Origin: Chiloscyllium plagiosum
Taxonomy: Eukaryota
Reading direction: 5' to 3'
NCBI RefSeq assembly: GCF_004010195.1
Contig: NC_057759.1
Coordinates: 4,082,301 to 4,146,300 of the forward strand
Length of the DNA: 64,000 nt
The notes below the pieces were generated by a model, which worked only from the letters and a program-made list of their open reading frames with translations, was not told the origin of the DNA and did not search any database. Shown here piece after piece: positions 13,575 to 27,077 of this stretch (position 1 is its first letter; the number at the start of each line of letters is the position of its first letter). Both the position numbers and the translations under genes were made by a program.

Positions 13575-13820
13575 CTTTGGAGTGAGGGGCACGTTTTTCA
13601 CACAAAGGGTGGTGCATGTATGGAGCAAGCTAACAGAAGAAGTAGTAATGTTATGTACAATTGCAACATTTAAAAGTCGTTAGCACAGGTGCATGGATAG
13701 GAAAGGTTTAGCAGGATATGGACCAATCGCAGGTAAATCGGACTAGTTCAGTTTGGGAAACCTGGTCAGCACGGATGACGTAGGCCGAACGTTCTGTTTC
13801 CGTGTTGTAAAACTCTATGT
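13575..13820 (+). mobile_element. CR1 3' fragment
   Basis: RGTFFTQRVVHVW motif and CR1 3' UTR. Confidence 0.75.
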
Positions 13821-14269
13821 TTACTGCAGTTAATGGGTGAAATTGTTGTAAAGGGGAGGTGGGGAGAAACCAGCTTGCGATGCACTCAGGGAGATGAATC
13901 ATCTTAGATTGCAAGTATCTACTTGGAAATGGAGCGAGTGGGATCTTTCCCTGCTCAGTAACACCAGAAACACCATTTATTTGGTTTTTCAACAAGGTCA
14001 GAGGAGAAATTAATTGCCCTCCCAGTATCTACCCTCCCAGAGAGAGGAAGGTCGATTTAACATTTGAATTCCGCACGATGATGCATATCGATTTTGCCTG
14101 CTTGTTTACTTTAAATGTTTGTTATAGATTTATATCTAAATTAAACATTGTGTACATTTGTCTATCAGATTAATCACAAGGAAATGAGATGTCAGAGCCA
14201 TGCTGTTAGGAGCAGCTAAAATAATTTTAATGAATTTGTGTGTCCGAACATGTAATTAAAATTTATGAA

Positions 14270-15475
14270 AGTGAGGAGGGTGGATTGAGAGATAGAAAAA
14301 GATAAATGGCAGGATTGAGGTGGAGAGCTGGAGAGAGAGAGATGGCGGCAGGAAGAGGGAGAGGGAGAGGGTTGGGGGTGTGATTGAAGCAGTGAAAGAG
14401 TGAGAGAGATGGGAAAGAATTGAAAGAGTGAGATGGGAAAGGATTGAGAGAGATGGGGCAGGATNNNNNNNNNNNNNNNNNNNNNNNNNNNNNNNNNNNN
14501 NNNNNNNNNNNNNNNNNNNNNNAAGATGGAGGGAGAGAAATGGAAGTAGAATTGAGAGAGAGAAAAATGTGGGCAGGATTGAAGGAGAGAGAGACAGATA
14601 GGGCAGGACTGAGGGAGAAAGAATGAGATGGGTGCAGGATTGAGGAAGCGGGAGAGAAAGAAAGAGAGATGAAACAGTATTGATGGCGAGAGATGAGGCA
14701 GGAATGTGGGAGAGAAATGGGTGCAGGATTGAGGGAGAGGGAGAGAGATGGGGTCAGATTTAAGGGAGAGAGGTGAGGGAGGATTCAGTCAAAAGAATTC
14801 CGTTGTTATATCCAGAGATACGGTACAGGATTGAGGGAGAGAGATGGGACAAGATTTATGGAGAGAGATGTAGCAGGCTTGAGGGAGAGAGATGGGTGCA
14901 GGATTGAGGGAGAGATGGGGCAGGTTTGAGGTAGTGAGATGGGTGCTGGATTGAGGGAGAGGGAGAGAGATGGGGATAAATTTGAGGGAGAGAGGTGGGG
15001 TTGCATTCAGGCGAAAAAACATAAATGCGGCAGAATTGATTGAGAGAGAGGTGGGTGCAAGACTGAGAGAGAGAGAGAGATGGGACAGGATTGAGGGAGA
15101 GAGAGAGAAATGGGCAAGATTGAGAAAAAGAGATGGTGGCATGATTGAGGGAGTGGGAGAAAGATGGGGTAGTATTGAGGGTGAGAGAGATGGGACAGGA
15201 TTGAGGGAGAGGGATGGGGTAGGATTGGGGAGAAAAAGAGCGAAAGATGGGGCAGGATTGAGGGCGAGAGAGAGAGAGCAAAGAGAGATGCGAGAAGGAT
15301 TGATAGGGAGAGGTATGAGGCCAGGACTGAAAGAGCATTGAGAGAGAGAAAGAGAGAAAGACGGATGGAGACAAAACTGAGAGACAGAGAACAATTTAGG
15401 CTGAGACAGTGAGACATAAGGATAAAGAGAGGGAGATGAGGCAGGAATTGAAAACAGTGAAGGAAAGAAAGAGAG
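14270..15475 (+). repeat. Purine-rich minisatellite, unit about 25 bp (gagatggggcaggattgagggagaga)
   Basis: Dozens of degenerate copies in the same orientation on both sides of the 14465-14522 gap. Confidence 0.9.
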
Positions 15476-15479
15476 TCAG

Positions 15480-16200
15480 ATAGATGGGTTTGTAAAGAAG
15501 GTACGTGGAATTCTCACCTTCTTTGACAGAGGAATGGAATACAAAATGTATGGATATAACAACGGAATTGTATAAGGTACTGGTGAGGCAACAACAGGAG
15601 TACTGTATGCAGTCAGGTCACCACATTTCAGGAAGGACTTGTTTATTGTTGAGAGAGTGCACAGGAGATTACTGAAGATCTGTAGCTATCAGGAAAGGCT
15701 GACATTGTGTTCCAGGGAACACAGGTGCCATGATTAAGGAATACTAAATAGTGTATACTAAATGATGAACGAGCAGAAATCCGAAAGCTAGTGATTTCAA
15801 ATACGCCTATTGGACTATAATTTGGTGCTGTGTGGTTTTGAACTAGCTAGTGAGAGGGAGAGATTAGAGTAGAAAGGAGGAATATGTTTCCTTTGACAGA
15901 GAGATCAGACATCGGGATCATAGATTCAAGCTAAGTGGCTGAAGGATTAGATAATATAAGAGGAAAAACCTTTTTTTTATGCAGAGTGGTGGATATCTGG
16001 AATTTGTTGCCTGATTTGATGGTGCAAGCAGAGATCCTAAACTTCTTTAGACAAAAGTTCCCTGGAACTGCACCTCAAGCGCTGCAAACTGCAAGGATAT
16101 GAGCTGTGGCAGGAAGATAGGATGAGAAAGGGCATCTGGCTGACTTGGACTGGCATGGACAAGATTGACTAAATGCAGCCCCCCCACCCCCGTGCGGCTT
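15480..16200 (+). mobile_element. Old CR1 3' fragment with a small PLE-terminus insert (about 15778-15845)
   Basis: Degenerate LYKVLVR/PHFRKD region. The insert ccgaaagctagtg...ttggactataatttggtgctgtgtg matches the 63282 family. Confidence 0.6.
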
Positions 16201-16277
16201 ATATTTGTGATTCAATAATTATCTATGGGCCACTGCCAGTCTCTGCTGTGCGAATACGTTAATATATTTATATTTAA

Positions 16278-16912
16278 AACGATTTGGTGTTTTGGCTTTC
16301 ATTAACAGGGGGATCGAGTTTAAGCACTGCGAGGTTTTGCTGCAGCTCTACAAGTCTCTGGTGAGACCACACTTGGAATATTGTGTCCAGTTCTGGTTGG
16401 CCCATTATAGGAAAGATACAGAGGCTTTGGAGACGGTACAAAGAAGGTTTATCAGGATGCTGCCTAGACTGGAGGGCTTGCCTTCTGAAGAAAGGTTGAA
16501 TAAGCTCGGACTTTTCTCTCTGGAGAGGAGGAAGACAGGAGACCTGATCAAGGTGCACAAAATAATGAGTGGAATAGATAGAGTCAATAGCCAGAGAGTT
16601 TTCCCCAGGGCAGGATTGACTGGTACGAAGAGTCATAGTTTGAAGATTTTAGCAGGAAGGTATTAAGGAGACGTCAGAGGTAGGTTTTTTTTTATGCAGA
16701 GAGTTGTGAATGCATGGAATGCGTTGCCAGGTGTGGTGGTGGAAGCAGAGACATTGGGGACATTTAAGCGACTGCTGGACATGCACATGGATAGCAATTA
16801 GTTGAGGGGTTCTTAGGTTAAATTACTATATTTTACATTAGGATTAAATCTCGGCACAACATTGTGGGCCAAAGGGCCTGTTCTGTGCTGTACATTTTCT
16901 ATGTTCTATGTA
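16278..16912 (+). mobile_element. CR1 LINE 3' fragment
   Basis: LYKSLVRPHLEYCVQFW...QRRFIRMLP; tail ttctatgttctatg. Confidence 0.9.
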
Positions 16913-17571
16913 TATTTATCTCTATACTTTTGGTAACTATACTCACACATTCCCTAAACAGGAACTGACACGTATAAATCAATATCTAAATGGACATATC
17001 CACATACACACTTGATTGCGCTTACTCAATTGATATTAGAATTTGAGGAAGAAAATGGACAAGGAGCAGCTCAGGGCAGGAGTGGAATCAAACCCGTGGG
17101 GTTCTGTTTAATTTGCTGGCTTTACATAAAAAAAAACTTAATGATGAGGAACTGAATGTTACATAGATGTTGCCAATCAGAGCTAATGTTGATTTACAGG
17201 GGATGCCTCATCTGTCTTTCTCCAGGTAAATATTTGAAGGACCAAGACAATGTAATATTCCCTCAGTACAGAGCCAATTATGACGAGCTGCTTCTAACAA
17301 ACAGCAGGTATGCACCACTGTCAGAATGAAGACCATTCTTTCCATATCCACAGAGCGGATTGTGTCAGAGATACATGGATCTCAATATCCAGAGAGCTAT
17401 GTTCAAATCAAGAGTCAAACATCACCGAGGAAATAACATTTTATATTTTTAATCTATTTTCTCCAAACATGTCATCCAGTTCCAGTAAATTTGAATGAAT
17501 ACTCATCCAAAATATACACTCGGGAACTGCATTAAATCTGAACATAGAACATTGGATGCCTTGTTAAAATG

Positions 17572-17900
17572 GGTGGCACGGGGTGGCTCAGTAATTTCCA
17601 ATACTACCTTATAGAACCAGGGACCCGGGTTCGATACCAGCCTCGGGCGACTGCCTGTGTAGAGTTTTCACATTCTCTCGGTGTCTATGTGGGTTTCCTA
17701 CCACAATCCAAAAATATACAGGTTAGAATGAATTGGTCATGCTGAATTGCTCATAGTGTTCAGGCTTATGTATGTTAGGTGCATTAGTCATGGGGAAATG
17801 TAGAGTAGTAGGAGAGGGGAATGGTTCTGGCCGGGTTACTATTCGGATGATGGGTGTGGAGTTTGTCATCTGAATGGTTTCTACACGGTAGGGATTCTAT
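17572..17900 (+). mobile_element. HE1-like SINE (diverged)
   Basis: ggtggctcagt...gggacccgggttcgatacc tRNA-like head and the HE1 body. Confidence 0.75.
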
Positions 17901-17914
17901 GAACCTTCTCTGCA

Positions 17915-18802
17915 TAGAAGAGTACAGCACAGGAACGGGGACTTCTACTCATCATGCTGTGCGGAACATAACATTAATCCCTTTTGCCTGACATTCATCC
18001 ATATCCCTTCATTTCTTGCATATCGACTTGCTTATCTACAAGTCCCTTAAATACCCTTAACGTATGCCTCCATCACCACTCCCTGGCAGTGTGTTCCAGA
18101 GACCTACCACACTCTGTGCAAAAACAACTTGCCCCTCCTGTCTCCTTTGAACTTGCCCCCCTCATCTTAAACGTATGCCCCATTGTATTAGACATTTACA
18201 CTCTGGGGTAAAGAATTCTGACTATCAACTCGAGATGTATCTCATAATTTTACAGGCTTCTATCAAGTCTCCCTACAACCTACGCTGCTCAGGAGAAAGC
18301 AACCTGAGATTTCCTAGGATCTCTTTATATCTCTTACCCTCTAATCCAGGCAGCGTCCTGGTAAACCTCTTATATACCCTTTCTGAAATCTCCACATGCT
18401 TCCTGAATTGTGCCGACACAGTTATCTAAGTATGACCTAACCAAAGACTTAGAAAGCTTCAATACCACATCCTGACTCTTGTACTCAATTCCCTAATCAA
18501 TAAAGGCAAACATGGAATAGTCGTTCTTCTCTCTACCACTCTATCTACTTGCACGGCCACTTTCAGGGAGCTTTGGATTTGGATCCCAAGACGCTTCTGC
18601 AGATCAATGATGTTCAGAGTCCTGCCATTCACTGTATACTTTTCTTAACATTTGATCTTCCAAAGTGCAGCACCTTACAATTTCCTGGATTAAACTCTAT
18701 CTGCCTTTTCTCCGCCCATTTCTGCAACTGACTTATATCCCGCTTTATCCTTTGAGAATCCTCCACACTACCCACAACTCCACCATTCTTTATATCATCT
18801 GC
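17915..18802 (-). mobile_element. CR1 LINE 3' fragment
   Basis: Minus ORF ADDIKNGGVVGS...LQKWAEKRQIEFNPGNCKVLHFGRSN. Confidence 0.85.
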
Positions 18803-20714
18803 ATTTAATAAAGATAAATCTAATGTTGCAATTAAGGTCAACAAATAAATTATGTTGTCAGTGTGAACAAGAGTAGGAGAAATAGATATTGAGTACAGAT
18901 ATTGAAGGAAACTGTTCAGCTGTCAGGAACTAGGAGGGAAAGAATTAATCTTTTGTCACATACATAGACACAACAATTAAAGAGTATGAATTACAAATAC
19001 ACATCGGTGTCAAAGTCTGACACAGAAAGAATAATTAATGTGTATGTTCGTATATAAACAACACGCACACACTCTGACTTACAATGAGTTTCAAAAGCAT
19101 TCGCCATCCTAACACACTCTAAATGTTTAACATTGCAACAGTAGTAGTCTCGCCAACTTTAAAAGAATTTAACTGTTCATTGAATAAACATATGGATGAT
19201 AATAGAATAGTGTTCGTTAGATAGGCTTCAGATTGGTTTCACAGGTCGGTGCAACATCGAGGGCCGATGGGCCTGTACTGTGCTGTAATGTTTTATGTTT
19301 TAAAACAATCATGCAGATTCATAGACATTGCAAGTAACAGAAAATTCTACAAACAAAATGATTTATACTCAGAGATTCCTTGGCAGAAAGGCCGACAGCA
19401 CAGAATCACAACTTTTGAATATTCACCAAGCAAAAACAACCAGCTAAAAAGCCTCATCCTATTCAGTTAGGATTCCACTTGCATAAATGTACTGTGGTGG
19501 CAGAGGGGCTGCCATCCCCACCTTTATCTCCACATCATTCGGCATTTCTTCATGTTGCTAGAGTAGACTTGGTATTATCTTTTACAGTTCAACAAGAATT
19601 GTTTTTAGATAGTTGTGTACCCTTTAAAATTAGCTTTAATTTTCTACAAAAAGCCCCGCATTCCTCCTGATACTCCCTACAATGCATTAAAAAAAATAAA
19701 GACATCTGCTTACAACTTTCAAAATGCATCAATGGAATTTAATGACAACCCTTCAATGCAGTGGAGAAAGGGGACAAAATGCCCAAAATTAGTAGTTCTG
19801 TAGGACTGCATATTTTGTTTTCAGGCAGAGTTGAGTCGTGTTGATTGAATTTGACAGGGTAAATATTCTGCACTGCATCACAGAAAATAAAAGTCCTTGT
19901 TGCTTTCCTCCTCCCTACTACAGTGCAACACAAGAGTACTGCTAACAATGCATCATCGCACTACAGAGCAGGGTAATGCCGTGTCTACATCAGAAAATAG
20001 AATCGAATCAACCGGTTGCATTTTCTGTCCAAGGAGCATTGAGGTCAGTGAGCTCTAATGCAGTTGAATTATTCATCGCCCTTTCACTTAGTTACAATGG
20101 ATTCTGTTTGCACTGATTGTTACTTCAGCAGTATTCAGAAAAGTGCATCACTTAGTACTGAAACAAAAACTGATGGAAATCTGAACACCAACACTTTTAT
20201 ATAATGACTCTGTTAGATTCCGCACTACACAAGATACAAAGGCCCATTGTGTATCCTACCTTGTCTCTGAAGAACAACACAAAATCCTTGCTGTTGCAGT
20301 GTGTTACGTTTTCACTTGCACATGATTCCTACAGGCACTAACAATTAAAGAACTTCCGCTGTTTCCCATTCACTACAGGAGACATGAACTGAGATACAGA
20401 CTGGCAGCACAAAAGCAAATTCACTCTCACTCAGCCACTGGATGCTGAAAGGAAAAGAATAAAATTTGCCCTCTCAATTATCTTCAGATATGAATTGACT
20501 CTCAAAGCCACTGACCACCGCTGAGGAGGTTAAATTATTAATGTCCCGTGTAGACCTAAAAATCCCTTTATACTCAGACAAATGTAAGTCTCAGATACGA
20601 AACCACAACCGAACACAGGGGAACACAGGGAAACTTCTTCAAAACTGGTTCTAAAGTTATTTAAAGTCAGATGACTACAGAATTGATGTCAAATTGACCT
20701 TTCCATATAGACAC

Positions 20715-22500
20715 TGACAATTCGTGGATGAAGTTCACATTTCTTTGAGACGGTGACAAAACAAGTGGATGGAGGTAAGACGGTTGATGTGGTGCATATG
20801 GACTTCAGTAAGACGTTTGATGAGTTTCCACGTTGGAGGCTATTGCATAAAATAAGGAGTTTTGGCATTTAAGGTGATTAAGCGGTTTGGATCAGAGATT
20901 GACTAGCTGAAAGCAGACAGATTGTGGTGGTTGATGGGAAATATTCATCCTGGCATTCAGTTACCAGTGGTGTGTCGCAAGGATCTGTTTTGGGGACACT
21001 GCTGGTTTTCAGTTTTATAAATGATCTGCACGTGGGCGTAGAAGGATGGATTAGTAAATTTGCAGATGACAGTAAGGTAGGCAGAGTTGTGGACAGTGCT
21101 GAAGGATGTTGTGAGTTACAGAGGGCCATAGGTAAGAAGCAGTGCTGTGCTGAGAAGGGGTAATTGGAGTTCAATGTGGAAAAGTGTGAGGTGGTTCTCT
21201 TAGGAAGAAGTAACAGGATTGCAGAGTCCTGGGCTAATGGTAAAATTATTTAGGGAGAGATCTCCGTGTCTAGGTGCATTAATTCATGAAAGTTGCCCCT
21301 CATGTTGATAAGGTTGTGAAGTAGGCACATGGTGTGTTGGCGTTTCTTGACAGAGGGATTGAGTTTCCGAGTCACGAGATCATGCTTCAGCTGTACAAAA
21401 CACTGCTCAGGCCACGAATAGTTCTGGTCACTGCATTATGGAAAGGATGTGGAAACTTTGGAAAGGGTTCAGAGGAGATTTACTAGAATGTTGCCTGGAA
21501 TGGAAGGAAAGTCTTACAATGAAAGGCTGAGAGAACTGAGTCTGTTTTCATCTGAAAGACGAAGGTTGAGAGGTGACTTAACAGAGATGTATAAAATAAT
21601 CAGAGGGTTAGATACGGTAGACAGTGAGAATAGTTTTCCTCGGATGGTGAAGCCTAACGCGAGGGGACAAAGCTTTACATTGAGGGGTGATGGATTTAGG
21701 AGAGATATTAGGGGAAGTTTCTTTACTCAGGGAGGAGTAGGGGCGTGGAATGGCCTGCCTACAACTGTGATAGACTCGCCGACGATAAGGGCATTTAAAT
21801 GGGCTTTCACAGGGAGATTGACAAGTTGGCCAAATGGGTAGAAACTTGGCAAATGAATTCCAATGCAGAGATGTGAGGTATTGCATTTTGCTACCAGTAA
21901 CACACGGCAACACTGCAGGTTCCATGGTCCAACTTGAAGAGAGTTGTGGAGCATGTATCATTCTGTGAAAGTGACAAGGAAATCTGAAACAGTTTTGAAG
22001 ATGGCTCAAAGATTTCTTATGGTTATAAATAGAGACATTGAGTATAAAACCAAGGAAGTGATGCTACACCTCTACAAGTCATTAGTCAGACCACATTTTC
22101 ATTCAGTTCTAGGAAACTTATTTAAGGAAGGATCTTCAAGCTCTGGACAGGGTTCATTAGAGATTTACGAGAATGATAGCAGGAATGAAGAATTTTACAT
22201 GCAAGGAAAGATTAGTGGCATCAGACTTATTCTTCTTGGAGCAGAGAAGATTATGATCAGGACCTTATAGGAGGTATTCAACACTATGAAGAATTTGGAA
22301 GGGGAAAGATTATTTTGTTTCCACGAGTTGGTATGTCAGAAACTAGAGTTCACAATTTCAAGATCGTCAACAAGATTAGGAGGATTTTTTTTTACTCAGA
22401 GAGTTGGTAGGATTTGGAATATGCAGCTTGGTGAAGGTAGAATCCATATGAGGTATGAAAAGAGAGCTGAATATGTATTGAAAGTTATGAAGTTGAGGAC
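20715..22500 (+). mobile_element. Two adjacent CR1 LINE fragments (junction about 21805)
   Basis: SGVSQGSVLG, ISKFADDSK, QRRFTRMLPG, then a second LYKSLVRPH/FFTQRV series. Confidence 0.88.
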
Positions 22501-22867
22501 AATGAAGGTACGGCTACAATTAATTCTTGTCTTGAATTAATTCCAGCTCACCGTAATTTTAGAAAAAAATCTAGAGTACTTTCAATTCACTGTCTCATCT
22601 GCCTTGAACCATTGACCAGGAGATCAAATGGACACTGAAGTTAGGAATGGGCAGCACAAAATCTCAAATTTCTGCCATCAAAAGTTAGATCGTCCAACAG
22701 CGGGATGAATTGACCAACTGAGGGTTGTGGGAGAGACAATTATTCAAATGGTATCCCAAGACAAGTAGATCTTTGAAACTCACATTTGCTGAGTAAATTG
22801 AGACAAACCCTTATTTTCCTTGTCCTCCTTGTTTGTTGAAACGTAGGATTGCTACTGATTGATTTGT

Positions 22868-23028
22868 TTAGCTTTGAAGGTGCTCTTCTGCGCTGTTTCC
22901 TGATGTCTGCAGAAGGTTCGCGTAAACATTTCCCTCTTTGTCTTGACCTCGTTTCTCAACTCCTCCTGTATCTGTGTGCTTCAAGCTTATGCATGTGATA
23001 CAGAATGGTTGCTGCTCCGCTGGTCAGC
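22868..23028 (-). pseudogene. Ig-receptor copy 2: terminal cytoplasmic exon
   Basis: Acceptor ttttcAG. Reads ...PFCITCISLKHTDTGGVEKRGQDKEGNVYANLLQTSGNSAEEHLQS*, aligning with the copy-1 last exon (SCIKYATL...DGNVYMNI). The ITIM Tyr is apparently changed to Cys; 161 nt is off-phase relative to copy 1. Confidence 0.7.
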
Positions 23029-23074
23029 CTGAAAACAGGTCAACACAGAAACACAGTAAATAGAAGCAGGGCCA

Positions 23075-23910
23075 ACATTGGTGGCATAGAGGACAGAGAA
23101 GAAGGTTATTTAAGAGTGCAATGGGAACTTGATCATGAAGTTTAATTTAGACGAATGTGTGGTGTTATGCAGGACTTATGCAGTTAATATTACAACTCTG
23201 GGAGTGTTGCCGAACAAAGAGACTTAGGGGTGCACATTCATATTTCCTTAAATGTGGCTTTGCAGCGAGACACGGTGGTGAAGAAGGCGTTTGGCATTCT
23301 TGCCTTCATTGTCAAACATTGACGACAGGAGTTGGGGCATCATCGTACAGCTGCACAGGATGTTGGTGAGGTCACTTTTAAATTACTGTGTAAGTTCTGG
23401 CTAGCCGACTGTGGAAAGGTTGTTGTTAAGCTAGAAAGTGTACAGAAAAGATTTACAAAGATGTTACCAAATCTGAAGGGTTGAAGTTATAAGGGGAAGC
23501 TGCATAATCTGGGATCTTTTCTCCCCTGGAGCATCGGAGGCTGAGGGGTGACCTTACAGAGGTTTATAAAATCACGAGGGGCCGAGATAAGGTAAATAGC
23601 TATAGGGTGTTCCCCAGGGTAGCGGAGCCCAAAGCTCGTGGGCACAGGTTTATGGTGAGAGAGGAAGGATCAAAAAGAGACAACGTTATCACACAGATGG
23701 CAATGTGTACATGAAATGAGCTGCGAAAGGAAGTTTTAGAGGCAGGTAAAATTACAACGTTTAAAAGATATTTGGAAAGGTATGTGGATAGGAAAGGTTT
23801 AAAGAGATATTGGCCAAATGCAGACGAATGGTTTGAGGTGAGTTTGGGAAACGTGGTCAGCATGGACGAGTTGGACCGAAGGGCATGTTTCCGCACTGTA
23901 TGACTATGCA
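23075..23910 (+). mobile_element. CR1 LINE 3' fragment
   Basis: gacttaggggtg, ggtgaggtcactttt, ctgaggggtgacctt motifs and CR1 tail. Confidence 0.8.
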
Positions 23911-24719
23911 AATAGATGAGAATAACAAACTTTACCTCTAAGTCAATCAGAGTGTACAGGAGGAGCTGTGAATATCTGCAGTCATTATACAGACTAATTT
24001 CTCTTAGCAAAGCACGGGACTGGAACAAGCCAAAAAACTGACCCTGCCATATATTATTTCTCTGTACTCTGAACAGGATGTCGCCATCTTTGCCAAGTGG
24101 ATGCAATTCCGAAATGTCCTTGAACCAATCGACTTGTTCAGCCAGGCAGTGAGGAGTTTGCAAAGGGGTAGGAGACACCTGCAAAGCAGACCGGATAAGG
24201 GGGACAGATTTCATCATGAGGATCATGAGAAGGCCATTCGGCCCCTCAAGCCTGCTCAGCCATTCAATAACATCGTGGCTGATGCCCCATTCGTCATGCT
24301 CACTTTCTTGCAGTTAGCCCGTAACCCTCAATTCCCCAACTGATGAAGAATCTTCTATCCCAGACTTAAACCTGCTCCCTGTCCCCATACACAGCTCTCT
24401 GTTGCAACGAGTTCAAAAGACACATAACCCTCTGAGAGAAGAACTTCCTCCTCACCTCAGTCTTCAGCTTTGAACCAGATGGTTGTTTGTTCCTGACAAC
24501 AGTCATCGTTGTAGTCTTAACTTCAGATCTGTTTTTGTTTAAAATCGAATTCCAAATCCACACCTGCCACCGCAAGATTCAAATTCACGTCTTCAGGGTA
24601 TACCCTGGGGAGAAATAAACAGAGGATTTTGCTTCCACATTATTTCAGAAACGGAAAGTGAATCTCATCAAAATTGAGATCAGAATAAATTGTCGCACAA
24701 CATTGAGCTAAACATTGAT

Positions 24720-25225
24720 GTCGCCAGAATCCATACAGTGTGGAAAGGGGCCATTTACCCATGTTGTCTGCACTACATCCTTTGAACAGGATGCCACCCA
24801 GATCCCGACCAGGACCGTGTTCTGATTCCCATAACTCTGCATTAACCTTGGCCAATCTCCCTAACTTGAACATCATAGAATCCTTCAGTGTAGAAGCAGC
24901 CCTTTCGGCCCGTCGAGTCCATACTGACCCTCTGAGTAGCATCAGACCAGATCCTCTGGCCCTACTCTATTCCTGTACACTACATTTCCCATGGTTAACC
25001 CTCCTCACCTGCATAACCCTCACAATATGGACAACTTAGCATGGCCAATCCACCTAAACTGCACATCTTTGGACTGCAGGAGGAAATTGGAGCAGCGGAG
25101 GAAACCCACGCAGAGAAGGGGAGAACATGCAAACTCCACCAAGTCACCCGAGGCTGGAATTTTACGTGAGTCCCTGGCGCTGTGAGGGAACAATGCTAAT
25201 CACTGAGCCACTGTGGTGACCAATG
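24720..25225 (-). mobile_element. HE1-like SINE plus a second partial copy
   Basis: Reverse HE1 body/head (ggccaatccacctaaactgcacatctttggac...ccctggcgctgtgagg). Confidence 0.75.
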
Positions 25226-26097
25226 CTTTTGTCTCTGGCCATGTCGGGGTTGGTTGGTTAGATCAGTGATTCTACAGTTAGCTTACAATGTATTGTTACA
25301 CTGACAGCATGTGGTTCAATTGCTGCTCTGTTTGAGATTGCTCTGAATGATCATTCCCTGTGCTTTAGATGTGGTGACCCTCAGGTTAAACACAAAGCAA
25401 TTGTTGCTTTTTCTCTCTCTTTCTCCCCCACACCTCTCTCTCCCTCTCTCTAACGAGACAATGATGACTTTACATTAACTGCCTGCTAAAAAACATAACT
25501 TTGCTGATTCCAAATTAACTGCTCTCTTTTTCACTGCAAAGTAACTTTTGTGTTTCCTTCTTGATGCACTGTCAGAGTGAGCTGTAAATAAAAGGCATTT
25601 TACCAATGGTACATATCTCAGTGAACTGGGAGAGGATGCACAGAGAGATTTACCAGCATATTGCTTTGGGGGGTTGGAGAGTTTCAGTTATGGAGAGAGA
25701 TCGAACTGACTGGGCTGGCTGTCCTTATAGCAGAGTAGTTTGAAAGAGAGGAATGTATAAAATGATGAGGAGCATAGATAGGGTAGACAGGAAGAAACCT
25801 TCCCCTCTTGATCGAAGGATCAATAAGTGGGAGAGGAACATAGATTGAAGGTAAAGGTTTCGAGGGGATGTGAGGAAAATCTTGTTCACCCAGAGAATGG
25901 TGTGAAATTTGGAACTCACTGCCTGTAAGAATAGGAGAGGCAGAAACCCTCAGCACATTGAAGGAGGGTTTAGATGTGCACTCATGACGACAAGACAATG
26001 GGCCAAGTGCTGTGGCAAAGGAATTAGAGAATAGTGAGATGTTTTTTTTCTGACCAGCACAGACTCGATAGGCCGACAGGCTTTATTCTGGTCTGTA

Positions 26098-26412
26098 GAT
26101 TAGATTAGATTACATTACAGTGTGGAAACAGGCCGTTCGGCCCAACAAGTCCACACCGACCCGCCGAAGCGCAACCCACCCATTCCCCTACATTTACCCC
26201 TTCACTAAACACTACGGGCAATTTAGCATGGCCAATTCACCTGACCTGCACATCTTTGGACTGTGGGAGGAAACCGGAGCACCCGGAGGAAACCCACGCA
26301 GACACGGGGAGAATGTGCAAACTCCACGCAGTCAGTCGCCTGAGTCGGGAATTGAACCTGGGTCTCAGGCGCTGTGAGGCAGCAGTGCTAACCACTGTGC
26401 CACCGTGCCACC
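26098..26412 (-). mobile_element. HE1 SINE, young full-length copy
   Basis: Near-identical to 29203-29510 and to the reverse complement of 47412-47718. (tagat)n tail; tRNA-like head. Confidence 0.92.
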
Positions 26413-27077
26413 GTAGACCTCTCTGACACTGTGACTAACTCACTTTGGATTGTGTATTCTATCTAAATACTGTCTAAACGTAAAGTGATTTTCATGTTCA
26501 GTGATGGGAGGTTTGTGTTCAGAAGAGAGATTGAGCAGTTACTCGGATACCCTCTGAAGTTCAGAACACTGAGAGGATACCTAAGTGATGAATTTCAGAT
26601 ACGAGAGGGGATGGTATTGACAGAGGAAATGGTATTGACATGAAGATGTTTCCTCATGTAGAATGAGACGGTCATCGTTTCAAGATAAGGTGATGGGAGA
26701 GAATGATAACAGAGATGTGGAGGAATGACTTCTTTCTAAGGGAAAGGAGTTGTTATTTTGTGGGAATTCACCACAACCTGTGCCCCGCCCCCCCCACCCA
26801 CTTGTGGGCCATGACAGGATACTGAATAAATTGAGGGGGGCGAGGGGGAAAACAGATATATTGTTAATCAATGAGTAGTTAAAGGGAGGGGAGTCAGAAA
26901 GTGGAATTGAAGCTGGGATGAGCTAAGCCACAGCTGTATAGAATGGGTGGTGGGGTGGGAGTTGTGCGGTTGCAGGCTCCTGAGGTCTCCTAGCCCGTTT
27001 GTTGTATTGGTCATCCAGCTGTCAGAACACATTTTACTGTTGAGAGCTCATAGCACATGCTCAGAAAGTCCTGAATC

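Noticed and set aside
14789..15417. Ser/Leu/Pro-rich and Arg/Glu/Gly-rich ORFs
   Set aside because: Translations of the purine minisatellite.
10481..20400. Joining the minus 20260-20400 segment to the plus 10481 segment via contig mis-orientation at the 14465 gap
   Set aside because: The minisatellite has the same orientation on both sides of the gap.
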